Source: Azolla caroliniana
Lineage: Eukaryota > Plantae > Polypodiophyta
Length of the DNA: 64,000 nt
Assembly (NCBI GenBank): GCA_043228905.1
Contig: JBHGNT010000020.1
Span: 11,284,001 to 11,348,000 of the forward strand
Reading direction: 5' to 3'
The notes beneath the pieces were generated by a model that saw only the letters and a list, made by a program, of their open reading frames with translations, ran no database searches and was not told the DNA's origin. Both the position numbers and the translations under genes were made by a program. Of the stretch, positions 1-11,548 are shown piece by piece. How positions within the stretch are numbered: position 1 is the stretch's first letter; every line of letters begins with the position of its first letter.

Positions 1-296
1 TCGGCTTTTTTCGGGATGCTTGACCTAAGAACTACTACCGCTAGTTGTTACCAGATCGGGAAGCGTTGTCGTCGACTGGGCTTCCGACTCCTATTGGTGT
101 TGCTTAGTGAGTGTTGAGTTAGTCACCCTTTCTTCATTCCCTCATCAGCTAGATGACATCCATCCTCCTGTTGTTCTTTGTGTCTTCACAAATCGAACCA
201 AACGTGCCAAACCAGACCCTTCAGCATAACACGAGATCAGATACTCTCTCCTTTGGTATCCGAATCAAGGTATTGTGGTCGGGGGATGGGAGACTC

Positions 297-1137
297 TGAC
301 AGGTTATACATGGTAGGTAGTGCACGATACACCCAAACATAACAAGGTAAGTTCACACAGAACTATAGCTGATCAGATTGTAATATGTTCTTAACATAAT
401 ACCTAAGCTGGCTACAACCGACTGGCTAATTACAACACACAGTTAAACAGAGTCGCTTAGCACACCGACACAGCATATAAGCAAACGAATATTCTATTAA
501 ACGACTGACTCAATACAACTGATGAAACTTTGTACAAGGCTGCATGTCCCTTTTTATAGGGAGCATGGACTGTTATATCAAGAATGTAAACCACTACTAC
601 TTCCTCTAATTATTGTACATGCGTTACATTTGTTCCTCTCGTCTCAGCTTCCTGTCTGGCCCCACCCATCTTGGTTTCCATCCACACTTGTCCCTTTGGC
701 CCTTTCACACCTTGGCCGTCCTTACCGGCCAACAGTAGTCGAAGAAACGAGTAAGTCGAAGAAAGCAATCGAAGAAACAAGTTAGTCAAAGAAATGAGTT
801 AATTGAAGAAGGAAGTCAAAGAAACGAGTTAGTCGAAGAAAGAAGAGCAATCAAAGAAATGTGGAAGTTTAGGGTTTGAAGTCGAAGGAACCCCTTTTAG
901 TCGAAGGTAGGGGTGGGGGTAAGTCGAAGGTTAGAGATGCACAAAGAGAAGTAAACGCTCGTGGAGCACGAAATTACGGAGGTTTGCCAATGCAAACTAG
1001 ATTGTCTTGGACGCTTATACAAGAGAGATTAATCACGTGACTAAGGCGATGAGTACAAGTTTATGACAAAATGACCTTGTATTAAGAAGTAGATGTTAGA
1101 TTACGTCAAGAGGGCCCTTTATAAAATAGGGTTTACA
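297..1137 (-). mobile_element. Probable LTR of a retrotransposon whose internal region runs off the left window edge
   Basis: TG...CA bounded segment (minus reads TGTAAACCCTA...CCTGTCA), minus-strand TATAAAAAG near 550-558 and an internal array of short degenerate repeats. No second LTR or clear PBS in the window. Confidence 0.4.
737..860. repeat. Degenerate ~17-nt tandem repeat (GTCGAAGAAACGAGTTA-like), about 7-8 units
   Basis: Repeated gtcgaagaaa/gtcaaagaaa/atcgaagaaa motifs seen directly. Confidence 0.8.
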
Positions 1138-2737
1138 AGATACAAACGGGAGGGGATACAACGACGGTAACCTCAAGTTAACCATGAGCTCAAGCAAGAG
1201 AGAGAAAGTGAAAGGAGTGAAGTTTTCGTTGTAGGCGAGTTGATTGGGCTACCGAGATTGCAACTACCTCCGATGGCTACGATGCCTCGAATCGAGCTAG
1301 AGTTTTCGTGCCACTTTGTTCTCCTTATGAACGACTAGTATACTAACTTGTCGTCTCCTCATTACCTTCACTCAAGCATCGAAAACCTAGGCTAAGAAGA
1401 GTCCAAGAAGAAAAGAACACCCAAGAAGACCCCACGCAAACTCAAAGACGACGAAGATGATCATTCCCAATCTCACAAAAACACCGAAGAAGACCGTCCA
1501 AAACTGAGAATGAAAGCAGAATGCTCCAAAATAAGCCCTCCCTACTATAAAAGAAGAGAGGCGCCTCATTTGTATTAAATGCAAATGTCCCTTTCCCCAT
1601 ATAAAAGTAACAAAAAAAAGTATGTTTTAATGCAACCATTATAGTAGAGAATCAAACTCTTCACCTCCTACACACATTAAATGGCCCTTTTCTAACACCT
1701 ATATGCTATGGCGAATGGAACTACTACACACCCTGACAAAGCTCGTTCCCTCTCGATTTCTGGACTAGGCGCACGTGCACAAAGATTATTGCAATGTTGC
1801 TAGCGTCCTAGCTTGGCATTATGAGTAATACCATGATGCTCACAATTGTGCTTACGCTCCATTGAAGTTCGTATTAGACTCGCGACGAGTCGCACTTGTC
1901 ATGGTGTTCTACTAACAAACACATAATTATACCTTGACAAAGTTCATTTGTATATATCCCAACCTTCCAATTCAAACATAGGCTAAGAGTTGAACTCAAT
2001 AACATCTATCGACTATGGTGGAATGAGCATGTGCTAGAGATAAGCCTATTCTGAACTAGGCTTGACATTACATGTATAGATATTAGTGTACTCATTAAAG
2101 CTAGACATCTAAGATGATAGATTGTGTCGAGGACAGAGGATGACTATTGAACCAACTGGGAAAGGGGGTATTTGGTTGGGTGGAGAATTCAATATGTAGC
2201 TCCTTAACTCATTCATGCTTATTATGTTCTTAATCTAGTTTGTTTATACTTTATCAATTACATAATAACACTCAAACGGGATTTTCATGGATGGTTCAAG
2301 GGTCTTTCATCATTCAAACTTTGTGTAGGTTATATCTATGTCTCAATGCCAAACTGTACAATTCTGAATAATCAAAAAAAATCACATGAAGAATGACATT
2401 GATTCTCTAATCAATAGAACAAGCATTAGGAAGGCACCAATTTAATGTAAAGTTAATCTACCTTCCAAGATGCAAAATGTCTCAACTATGTCCGTTTTAT
2501 TATATCATGGGTTATGCACAAGCATGAGGAAAGCATGACAACAATCGCCTTTGTTGATATTGTATTTTGACACAGTGGGCTATTGTAAGCAATCTTAAAG
2601 ATCACATAAGTAAAGCAGGATGATAATAACATTCACAAATTTCTCAGCATCATAACAATATGAATCCACCTAACCTATGGCCAAAGCCCAAGAGGCAAGT
2701 CTCACCTAAACTAAGGCTGCACCACTTGTTGGGAGTA

Positions 2738-2760
2738 TTAGGGTTTAGGGTTTAGGGTTT
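2738..2760 (+). repeat. Interstitial plant telomere-type repeat (TTTAGGG) x3
   Basis: ttagggtttagggtttagggttt. Confidence 0.8.
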
Positions 2761-3736
2761 TATGCCACAAGAAGTATGACAATCCTCTTATGAAAGGTCC
2801 CTTCATATGTCATGTTACAAGACCCAAAGGCACTCACTCATGCATTTGCTTTCTGTTTTCCAATGCTGAGATTTTAAATTTGCTTGTTTAGATGAGCATT
2901 TCCCTAATCACATAAGCTTGTAATCACATAAGCTTGGGAGGTAAATGTAATGATATAATTTTGGGATGAAAAGAGACTCCAAGCATAAAATTTCTTCATA
3001 TTTGAACAAAAACATCCGGAGGAGATTTCAAATCCTGATCCAAAAGAGAAAGGAAAATGCTGTACCAAATACAATTCATTTTTGCTAGGTAAAACATAGT
3101 GATTTCAACATCAATCTGCAATGTGCCAACGTATCTTCGCTGCACCCTTTGCAGGTGGCTACCCAGCTAATTCATGTGAACCCAGTTAAGCCATGAGTGA
3201 TACACCTTTCCAATGTATAATTTGCAAGGGAGTGTTACTCGATAGACTTCAGAAGTTTGTTTGTGCATAGGAATTGCTGAAATGTAATTTTGTAGTTGGG
3301 CAACCACATAATCAGAAGAGATCGATAGAGCAACCAACCATACTGATAGACAAGTTTTTATGATATTAACACCATCAAACCAATGAACTCAAAGAGTTTT
3401 TTATTGGTTATTGAAGCTAAAAAGCTCATTTACACATCAAAAAAGTTTGAGCATTAAATTGTGATCTCCATATGCACTTACATAAGGTCAGGCCTACTCA
3501 AATCAGCTTACAAAGAATATGAGATGATACTGTGCCTAAGCTACATAGTTGAAACAATTCCCTGCCACTGCATATGGATTTTTCATACATAAATTACTTG
3601 CATAGGTTCTAAGCTAGAAGCTCTTACATCAAAAAACTGTTGGGAGCGGTAGTTACAAAGCAAGAGTCACTGTGCTTTTTTACTTCCAAGCAATTTCATC
3701 CATTCCCCTTTTGTTGATGGAAATAAATAAAGTCTT

Positions 3737-6700
3737 CTACTCAAAAAGTGACGAGAATAAATACAGTTTTAAGACAAATGCTAGCCCTAACTGGAGTACA
3801 AAAGTACCTGTGACGATCAAAAACCATCTATCACTCTGAGTTTTTATATGTGATCTCATGTTAAGCGCAAGAAATGTTGCAGATGCAAGGCCTGCTAATC
3901 CAACCATTACCCATCTGAAAATTTCGATTGGTACCGCCGAGAGGAACTGAATAGTCACCAGTTTTTTTATACCAATCACAACAAATCAACACACATCATG
4001 TAAACATCCTCGTGTTTTGGCAATAAAAGAATAAGAAAACAGGAAATCCTCCAAAATAACTAGATTTTATTTTCCATAAATGCTCTTCATCAACTCCAAA
4101 AGAGAGAAAACGGGGATGAATTGACCATTTAATTGCTCAAATTGTCTTTTGGGGGTTGACTGACAGCATTTGAGGAAATAAAATCAGTTATTTGGGGGTA
4201 CTTCAGAATATGAAAAAATGAAATTTTATTGAAATGTACTTTTGATCCTCATATAATGAGAAAGTATGCTTGATAGATCTTTCTCAGAATTATATATATG
4301 CTTGGTGGAATAGCAATAAACTAACCTTAGGAAATATTATCATTCTCATATATGGAAAACGCTTTATCTTTCCCAAAATTATATATATCTATGCTTGGTA
4401 AAAAAGTGGTTCCCTAACCTCATGATAAATCTGTTAGAATCTTGTAGAAGTTTCTCTTACCCAGAAAAATCAAACATACTTTTTCATACATGAGATTTAA
4501 ACGAATCTTTTAATCATTTCCCTAGGAAAATCCAGAAAGAGAAAAATGGTAATCCAATGCATTATACATATCGACAAGAAGTGGCCTTACCGACGCTGGA
4601 ATAAAGACAAAGAGGGAGTAGCCATACAAACACCATAGCTGTACTAATCCAGAGGTAACTCCAAAGTAGTTGAGAATAAAATATAATACCAATGGTACCA
4701 CTAACTCATATCCATAGAACATCCCTGCTGACCAGGTTACCTTATTGATATCATAGTTCCAAGCCTCATCTCTCAGCTTATGCGAGAGGTAGGCTGCAAA
4801 ATTGCCAAGCGCGGCTGAAACAAAGATCAACGTAGTACAGATCCAGAAGGGGCCATATCTGAAGGAAAACAATCAGAAGTGCAATATTAGGTAATAAAAG
4901 TAAAATGTATAAAAAAGATAACACAGAAGTAATGTTCATGCTTTTTGATAGCCTACAATGTTGTGGGTTGAAGTTCAAAGCCATGGGTCTTATGTTCAGT
5001 TTATTGTAAAAATACATTCATGGTTTGACAATGAGGTCATTACACCACCGGTTAACTAACAATTCTCTCCAAAATACATGACTTGACAAATTCATCATCC
5101 ACAAAACAAAGGGTTGATAGCTATAGGAAAAGAAATGGTTATTGAAAATACAAATATATATTCAAGAAAGCATTTTTCACAGCCTTGCCAAGAAAAACAT
5201 ACACCGCCTAGTGATGAAGGAGAGAACATTGTATTGAATCCTCAGAATGTATACTTACATATCTGGATTGTGGCCAGTTTTCTCCACGAAGTCTCCTTTG
5301 TAAGGAAGGAGAGAATCGCGAATCCTTTCCAGCACATCAGACGTGTCCACATTGAAATAGGGAGAGAATCTTTTGACACTAAAGAATCTTTGCCACCCTC
5401 TAGATTCTCCATCTTCTTGAGTTCCTTCCGATAATGGTTTAGAAAATGAATCTTTGAGCAGTTAATAAAAAAGGTAGCTATGTCAGTACTGAAAGATTTT
5501 TTTATTGCAGAAATGCAACTTCTCAGAAGCCATATTTAAGTACAGATATAAATACCATCAGCATCTGTCGGTGGTTTGTAATTTCCAATTAGCTTCCCTT
5601 TAGTTTCACTTGGTGAGAAAGTTTGAAGGTTACTTTCTACAAAATTTGTGACATGGGTCAATGTTTTTAGTACGTTTCTGGTAGAGAAGTAAATTGAGTG
5701 ATAAATAATTGAAAACGTTTGACATTTAAGCACCTGGAAATGGTAGAACCATGTGATCACTTCCTACAGCAGCAACCTGCAAACAGATCAAATTTATTTA
5801 ATTTAGAAAGTTGTATGCAGGTCAGTTTGTCCGCCAACAACAAGTTAATAAATAATGCATGATGTTAACTATCTAGTTTAGTGCAAAAGATGCATGATAT
5901 CGAGATAAAAAGCACAAATAATAATGACCCACTAACCTAAAATATCATAGCTGTGCAATGTATACAAACTAAAGAAAGCCAACAAAGTTGAGTCCAATTT
6001 TTCAGATAATGTACGAGCACTCACCACACTGAGCATCAACATTTAGCCATAGCAGAGCACAAAAATCTAGAAAACCTTTCAAAAAGGAAGACAGCAAATG
6101 TCAACCCTCATCTGAGATCAAAATTGAATCCCTGCCTTGCAAACTTATATGCCTATGCACCACCCATACCCAACAATAGGTGCATGTTTTAAAACGTGAA
6201 CAATACAAACAAGATAGGAAAAGTTTCAAAAACTCTATGGGGATTCTTGCTTTTCAATAAAAACAAGATACTAGCTGGGGGACAGTCACCATTATATAGT
6301 AGATAATAGCTTAAGGACATGAGCATAAAGCTAGTACATCAAATTGATAGTTCAATCAAGTGACACAGATTAACAGATCCATCTACAGCACAACTCCTAG
6401 GCATCATCTTTTAATAAATGTTAAGTCATACAATAACTAAAATGAAGTATATTTCAAGAAGCATCCTTGCAAAATAAAAAAGATTCTAATCATGGATTCT
6501 ACTTGTATTTGCAAAGTGATCCACATGGGATCTGAAGCAACAGCGTTTATACCACTAATCTGATTTTTATGATTTGACAACATCCCTTTCCAATGGAAGA
6601 ATACCAAGAGAACATGACCCATCTGTAACACACCTGAAAGGCTTCATCGTTTCGTGCACATTAAGGTATAGAAGAACTAAATGAAATAAATTTTAAGAAG

Positions 6701-8094
6701 CATCCTAAATAAATGTAAATGATCCCAATCATAGATTGTACTTGCATTTGCAAGCTGATCCGTTTTCCTTAACTGGTGATAATGCTCCTCAGGGTGTAGC
6801 TATGATGAACGCACAATCATTCGTCAGCATATACAGGGTCCAATAACTAGCCTATCATGCAATATCTTTACTGAGAAATCAGCATAGTCATATATGATTT
6901 AGGAAAGAAATTTGAAGTACACTGACTTCTTTGTATTTATACCCAGTATCCCCATATTACATGGGTTGTCTGAGCAACTGTTCCCCTGTATCACTTTGGT
7001 AAACTCTACCCTGCAAACAATTATATAGGTTGTCTGAGAAACCATGTGGTCACTTCATCCTTTTTTCTCAACTATATCTTCTAATTGAGGAGTCATATGA
7101 TCCATTCATCCCCTTTTTCATTCCTTTGAGGGACTTCGGAAAATACAGAAAAACTACAACTTATTTCTGTGCTTAGTGACGATTTACTAGAATTTTGCAT
7201 TGCATTGAATCAACCTCGTTTTCTTTGTTTTGCAGTCAAGATTTAGTCATCAATGCATACTACATGCTTAGTGAACATTGTATTCTTTAATCATGCCAAG
7301 ACCTCTATTGGCAACTGCATAGAAAAACATCTATATCTCAATCAGGCAACAATATCTAGATTCCAGATTCAAATATGTAGCTTTTTCGGTTTAGAAGCTA
7401 GGTTTTCACTTTGGATCCATAAATCACAAGATAATATGGATCCATCAATCAAGGAGGAAATCTATCTAGCTCTATATCTGAGGGTTGCAGGATCTTGTGC
7501 AACGAGTTGAGGAAGAAAGAATATTTTTTCAAGTTCCTACTTGCATCTCAATGGAGATGATGCAGATAGATCCAAACAATTTCAAAGAAACAAAAATAAT
7601 TCTGAGAGCTAAAGGTCGACGAGATAGAAAACATCTCTTATATGTTCCTACTTACTTCTGTTCTCACAGAGGAAATGCATGTAGATTTAAAGGATCTGAA
7701 TGAGGAATGAAATAGTTCTCGAAGAACCAAACAGTTTTTTAAAGAGAAAAAAATTCATTACGCGTCTCGATCTGAACGCGATTTTCGAAAATAATCAGCT
7801 AGTTTTTAGAAAGGGACAGAGAATATTTCTTCTATGTTCCTGCTTACGTTGTGGTCTGACAGAGAAAAGGCATATTGATCTGAACCATTTGAAATGAACC
7901 AAACAGGTTTCGAAAGGAGAGAAATGGTTTCATGTATGTTCCTGTATCCTAATTGCTTGCATTCTGGCAGAAAAAAATACATACACAGATCTGAAAGATT
8001 CTGGAAATGCAAAGGAAATCGAGATAGAGAAGCTTACTGGTACAGATCCAGAAGCACTTTCTGTTCCCAGATGTGTATACGATCCCATCGACAT
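3737..8094 (-). CDS. Yip1-domain integral membrane protein (YIPF1/YIPF2-like, Golgi trafficking), 6 coding exons
   Basis: GT-AG exons 8094-8038, 5776-5734, 5636-5556, 5451-5259, 4858-4591, 3946-3737 join in frame: MSMGSYTHLGTESASGSVP-VAAVGSDHMVLPFP-ESNLQTFSPSETKGK...PYFNVDTSDVLERIRDSLLP...NPDIYGPFWICTTLIFV...LYGYSLFVFIP...LKLYLFSSLFE*. YFxVDT and PDxYGPFWICTTLIF are YIPF1-type motifs. Confidence 0.95.
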
Positions 8095-8436
8095 TACAGC
8101 AGAGATTTTCCTGCTGCTCCTTCTCTTGTTGCAGAGAAACGCAGCAGCAGAAACAGTGGATGCGGAGCCTAGCTTCTCTCGAACAGATCGATGGATACTA
8201 TGTGAAAGGAGGAAGATCGCCTCTCGTCTTCGTCTTTGTCGAGAAATACACAGAAAGAAGATGATCTGTGACGGCGATATGAGGTCGATCGGGGGGAGTT
8301 TGGGGGATCTCTGAGGAGAAACTGAAACAGACAGACAGACAGACAGAAGAATTTCTGCGTTTCCTGCCGTTTCGTCCCGTTTCGACAGATACCGAGAGAA
8401 CGCTTTCTCCGTGTATAGAAGGACATGGGCCCTCAT

Positions 8437-8535
8437 ATTATTTTACGAAATTACCAAAATACCCCTCTTACTATTTTACGAAAATTCCCCAAATGCCCCT
8501 CCTATTATTTTACGAAATTCCCAAAGTACCCCCCC
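8437..8535. repeat. Three ~35-nt direct repeats (TATTTTACGAAATT.CC.AA.T.CCCC) upstream of the Yip1 gene
   Basis: Three copies seen directly; the motif resembles Mutator-type MITE terminal sequence (inference). Confidence 0.7.
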
Positions 8536-8919
8536 CCCAATGTCTCTCTCCATCGAGGATCCCAACACTTGCTTGGCGCACACATATACAGAGAGAGACT
8601 TTTACCAAGTCCCGAACCAGTCACCCATGGAGAACAATGAAGGTGAACTCCTCTGATAAGTTTGTTTAATTTAGTTTGTGCAATTGAAAAGAAACCTTAT
8701 TGATTCTACCCTCTCATTTGGTGGAAGGAATATTAGTTCCATCGTTTTCTGCGTAGGAGTATCCTCCATAGAAAATCATAGTTGTTGATGATGATGGAGA
8801 TTGTGGTGATGATTATGGTGACAATTTATCGTTTCCTTATGCCCTTCTACACCTCGACCTACCCATCAGGACATTTTCCACGACCTCTAGGGTCACTAAG
8901 GTCATAATGAAATTACAAA

Positions 8920-9765
8920 CATAGAATGTCCATGGTATCACTCAAGATTGTGGGCTGAACACATCATCATATATGCTTGAGAGTGTCTAGCTCCTTTTCT
9001 CACTCTAATCTTTAATTGTGCCCTCGCTAAGGGTTTTCCACCATAGTGGACCATGAACACAATGGGCCCTTATACATAAATGAGGAGACCCTATGGACCC
9101 AAATACATATAGGACCATTATGAGTGGTCATATGCTCGCAACATTATATGGTGCAATAATGGAAGCAAAGCTCAACAATTATATGGAGATATTAAGTCTT
9201 CGAGCACCTAAACGGCCCGTCGTTAGACGAGCCTTCTCTACTATTGACCATATCTTCACACTTACATGCGTAATTGACCAAACCAAGGCTTGCAAGAAGA
9301 AATGATATTGTTGTTTTGTGGACCTTTGCAAAACCATTGACACTGTCCCTAGAGAGCGGTTGTTTGATAGGCTTAAAATCTTGGAGATACCACATGACAT
9401 GATTTGGGTCATCTATGCTTTATATGAGAAACTCTCTCTAGTGCATATAATGTCTGAGCGGCCTACCCAATTGCTTTACTAACACCATTGGTGTAAAACA
9501 AGGTTGTCCCCTATCACTGACTCTTTTTGGGATCTACATTGATGAGATCACTAATTTTATTGCTCATAAGGGAGGCAATGAAGTAGTCTTAGGGAGTACA
9601 CAAGACGATCTCTTGCTCTATGTAACGTCATAGTTTTATTCTTTGAGTCTAAACACAACGTACAAAGACACATTAATGCCTTAGATGACTTTTGCACACA
9701 AAGAGGATTTGTAGTGCATTTAGGAAAAACTAGTCCTTATCTTCCAGACATCTGCTCAAGTTAGG
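8920..9765 (+). mobile_element. Non-LTR retrotransposon (RTE/RTEX-like LINE) copy 1, left part, decayed RT
   Basis: DPNTYRTIM..., STIDHIFTL, CFVD, GVKQGCPLS remnants with frameshifts; colinear with 27134-27730. Confidence 0.85.
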
Positions 9766-9768
9766 ACC

Positions 9769-10045
9769 TGTAAAGAATCGAGTGTGATTCTATGCACTGG
9801 AATAGATTAGCAATGTGTGTTATGTGTGTGAAAGAGGAGAGACAAGAGACACAAGATAGATAGGAAAATGAAATACTCGAGATGTATATTAACAAGAAGT
9901 AGAGAACAACTACACAGAGATAATGGGCGCTACAAGGGAGATTAACTGACACTTACAAAGTAGTAGGAGGGTGCTTTATATAAGGTCACCCACTCACTAA
10001 ACCACTCACTCACTCTCTAGAATCTTGGGGAGTGGGGAATCTCAT
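9769..10045 (-). mobile_element. Partial LTR of an unrelated family, inserted in the LINE and interrupted by copia B
   Basis: Begins TGTAAAG where LINE similarity stops; GA-rich tract and TATATAA box; ends abruptly at the copia B LTR. Confidence 0.5.
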
Positions 10046-10128
10046 TGTTAAGAATTAGGTAAGTAATTAAGAGTTAATTAGTACCTAACTATGTGATTAA
10101 GTTAAGCGCGGAAGATTAAGTGATATGT

Positions 10129-10208
<80 letters not shown>

Positions 10209-10721
10209 TACACTTATGAATAACACAAGATGGGGGATGAGTAAACTAGAGTGTATATTATAAAACATCATCAAATACAAAAATACCCACAATGAGGTAT
10301 ATATACATCTCATGTGCAAAGGTGCACATGTGTGAGTAGAATTTAGGTACTAATGTGTAAGTCCTATATTAAATGTACTTAGGAGTGGAGGATCTAGAAT
10401 ATCCCACTTAAGTACAAGGTCCTATTTAAGGCGTTATAGTCAACACTTCTAACTAGATTCTATCTAGGTAACTACGAAGTTACATTGTTGACTAACTAAA
10501 CTAAGTTGAGCTTGATCTCTCAACACGCCCCCTCTGTCGAATACAAGTGTATAATGGACGTATTCACACTATCCCTTTGTACAGATCAAGTTTGGGCCAT
10601 TTGTGTAATTAGCATAAATGGTAGATGCCCTAAGTCTGTCACTATATATAGTGACCTTGTAACCTTTTTGTAAGGTTGGGTTGTATTATTGCTTTATGGA
10701 ATAGAAAGAGTCGTTTTGTGC

Positions 10722-10760
<39 letters not shown>

Positions 10761-10850
10761 GTGCAACGACCTAGAAACTGTCATACGCAGGTACAGAACA
10801 GAATCGAATGCTTCTTGATCTTCCGCATAGACGACCTTGTCTCCAACATC

Positions 10851-10862
10851 TGGTATCAGAGC
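10851..10862 (+). promoter_or_regulatory. Primer binding site (tRNA-iMet) of copia A
   Basis: TGGTATCAGAGC 2 nt after the LTR end. Confidence 0.95.
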
Positions 10863-11548
10863 CTGCACAGTATTCGGTCCTTCAATCCGCTGTCGGACGT
10901 CGTCTCAGCCTGCACAACATTCGGTTTCCTGCGTCATTCGAAGAAGAGAGAAGAAGAAGAAAAAAAACGAGGCTTGCATCTCATCGCGTTAGATCATCTT
11001 CGCTTGGAGTAAGCCAGCCGGTTGTACTCTGTTTCTTGTGATCGTAACCGCTCGAGGTGAAATCCCCTTGTGCAACATTGACACGATCGTGCTCCACTCG
11101 GTTAAACGGCATCCGAAGAGGTCATCAAACGCTGCTCGCCGCTCATTGTAACCACTCGGTGCAGATCGGTCTCAAGACAACAACCCCAATTCGTGCTTCA
11201 TCCGGCTGATCGACATTCGAGAGGATCAGTTGGATCCGTCTCTCTCGTCGCTGCAGTCACCCGAAGCAGAATCGGTCCAGACAATCGGATTCAATAATCG
11301 ATATTTGGCATATATATTCGGAAGCGAACCGGGCTCACTCCGACTCGGCAACATTCGGGAAGACCAGTCGGTTCTGTCCCTCAAGTTACCGGAGTCAATT
11401 CGAGCAAGTTCAACAATACATATATCCGAAGCCGAACCGACTCGGGTTCAAATCCAACTAGAACGATACCGGGTGAGCCAACCGGCTGCACTCCAACAAG
11501 GTTCGTAGTCAACTCCGAACCGAGCTTCGTCAACCGAAACCAAATTTG

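Noticed and set aside
6436-6761. ~85-bp degenerate direct repeat in Yip1 intron 1 (similar small duplications at 29719-29808 and 54905-55097)
   Set aside because: Ordinary old local duplications with no structural or coding signal.
6785-6875. Box C/D snoRNA-like motifs in Yip1 intron 1 (ATGATAG...CTGA...ATGATT...CTGA on minus; ATGATGA...CTGA on plus)
   Set aside because: Imperfect C box on the sense strand, weak terminal stem and no rRNA/snRNA guide that I recognise; needs snoscan/Infernal.
7930-8436. 168-aa ORF as the Yip1 N-terminus
   Set aside because: Non-ATG start; only MSMGSY...GSVP (8094-8038) matches the family, the rest is UTR and intron.
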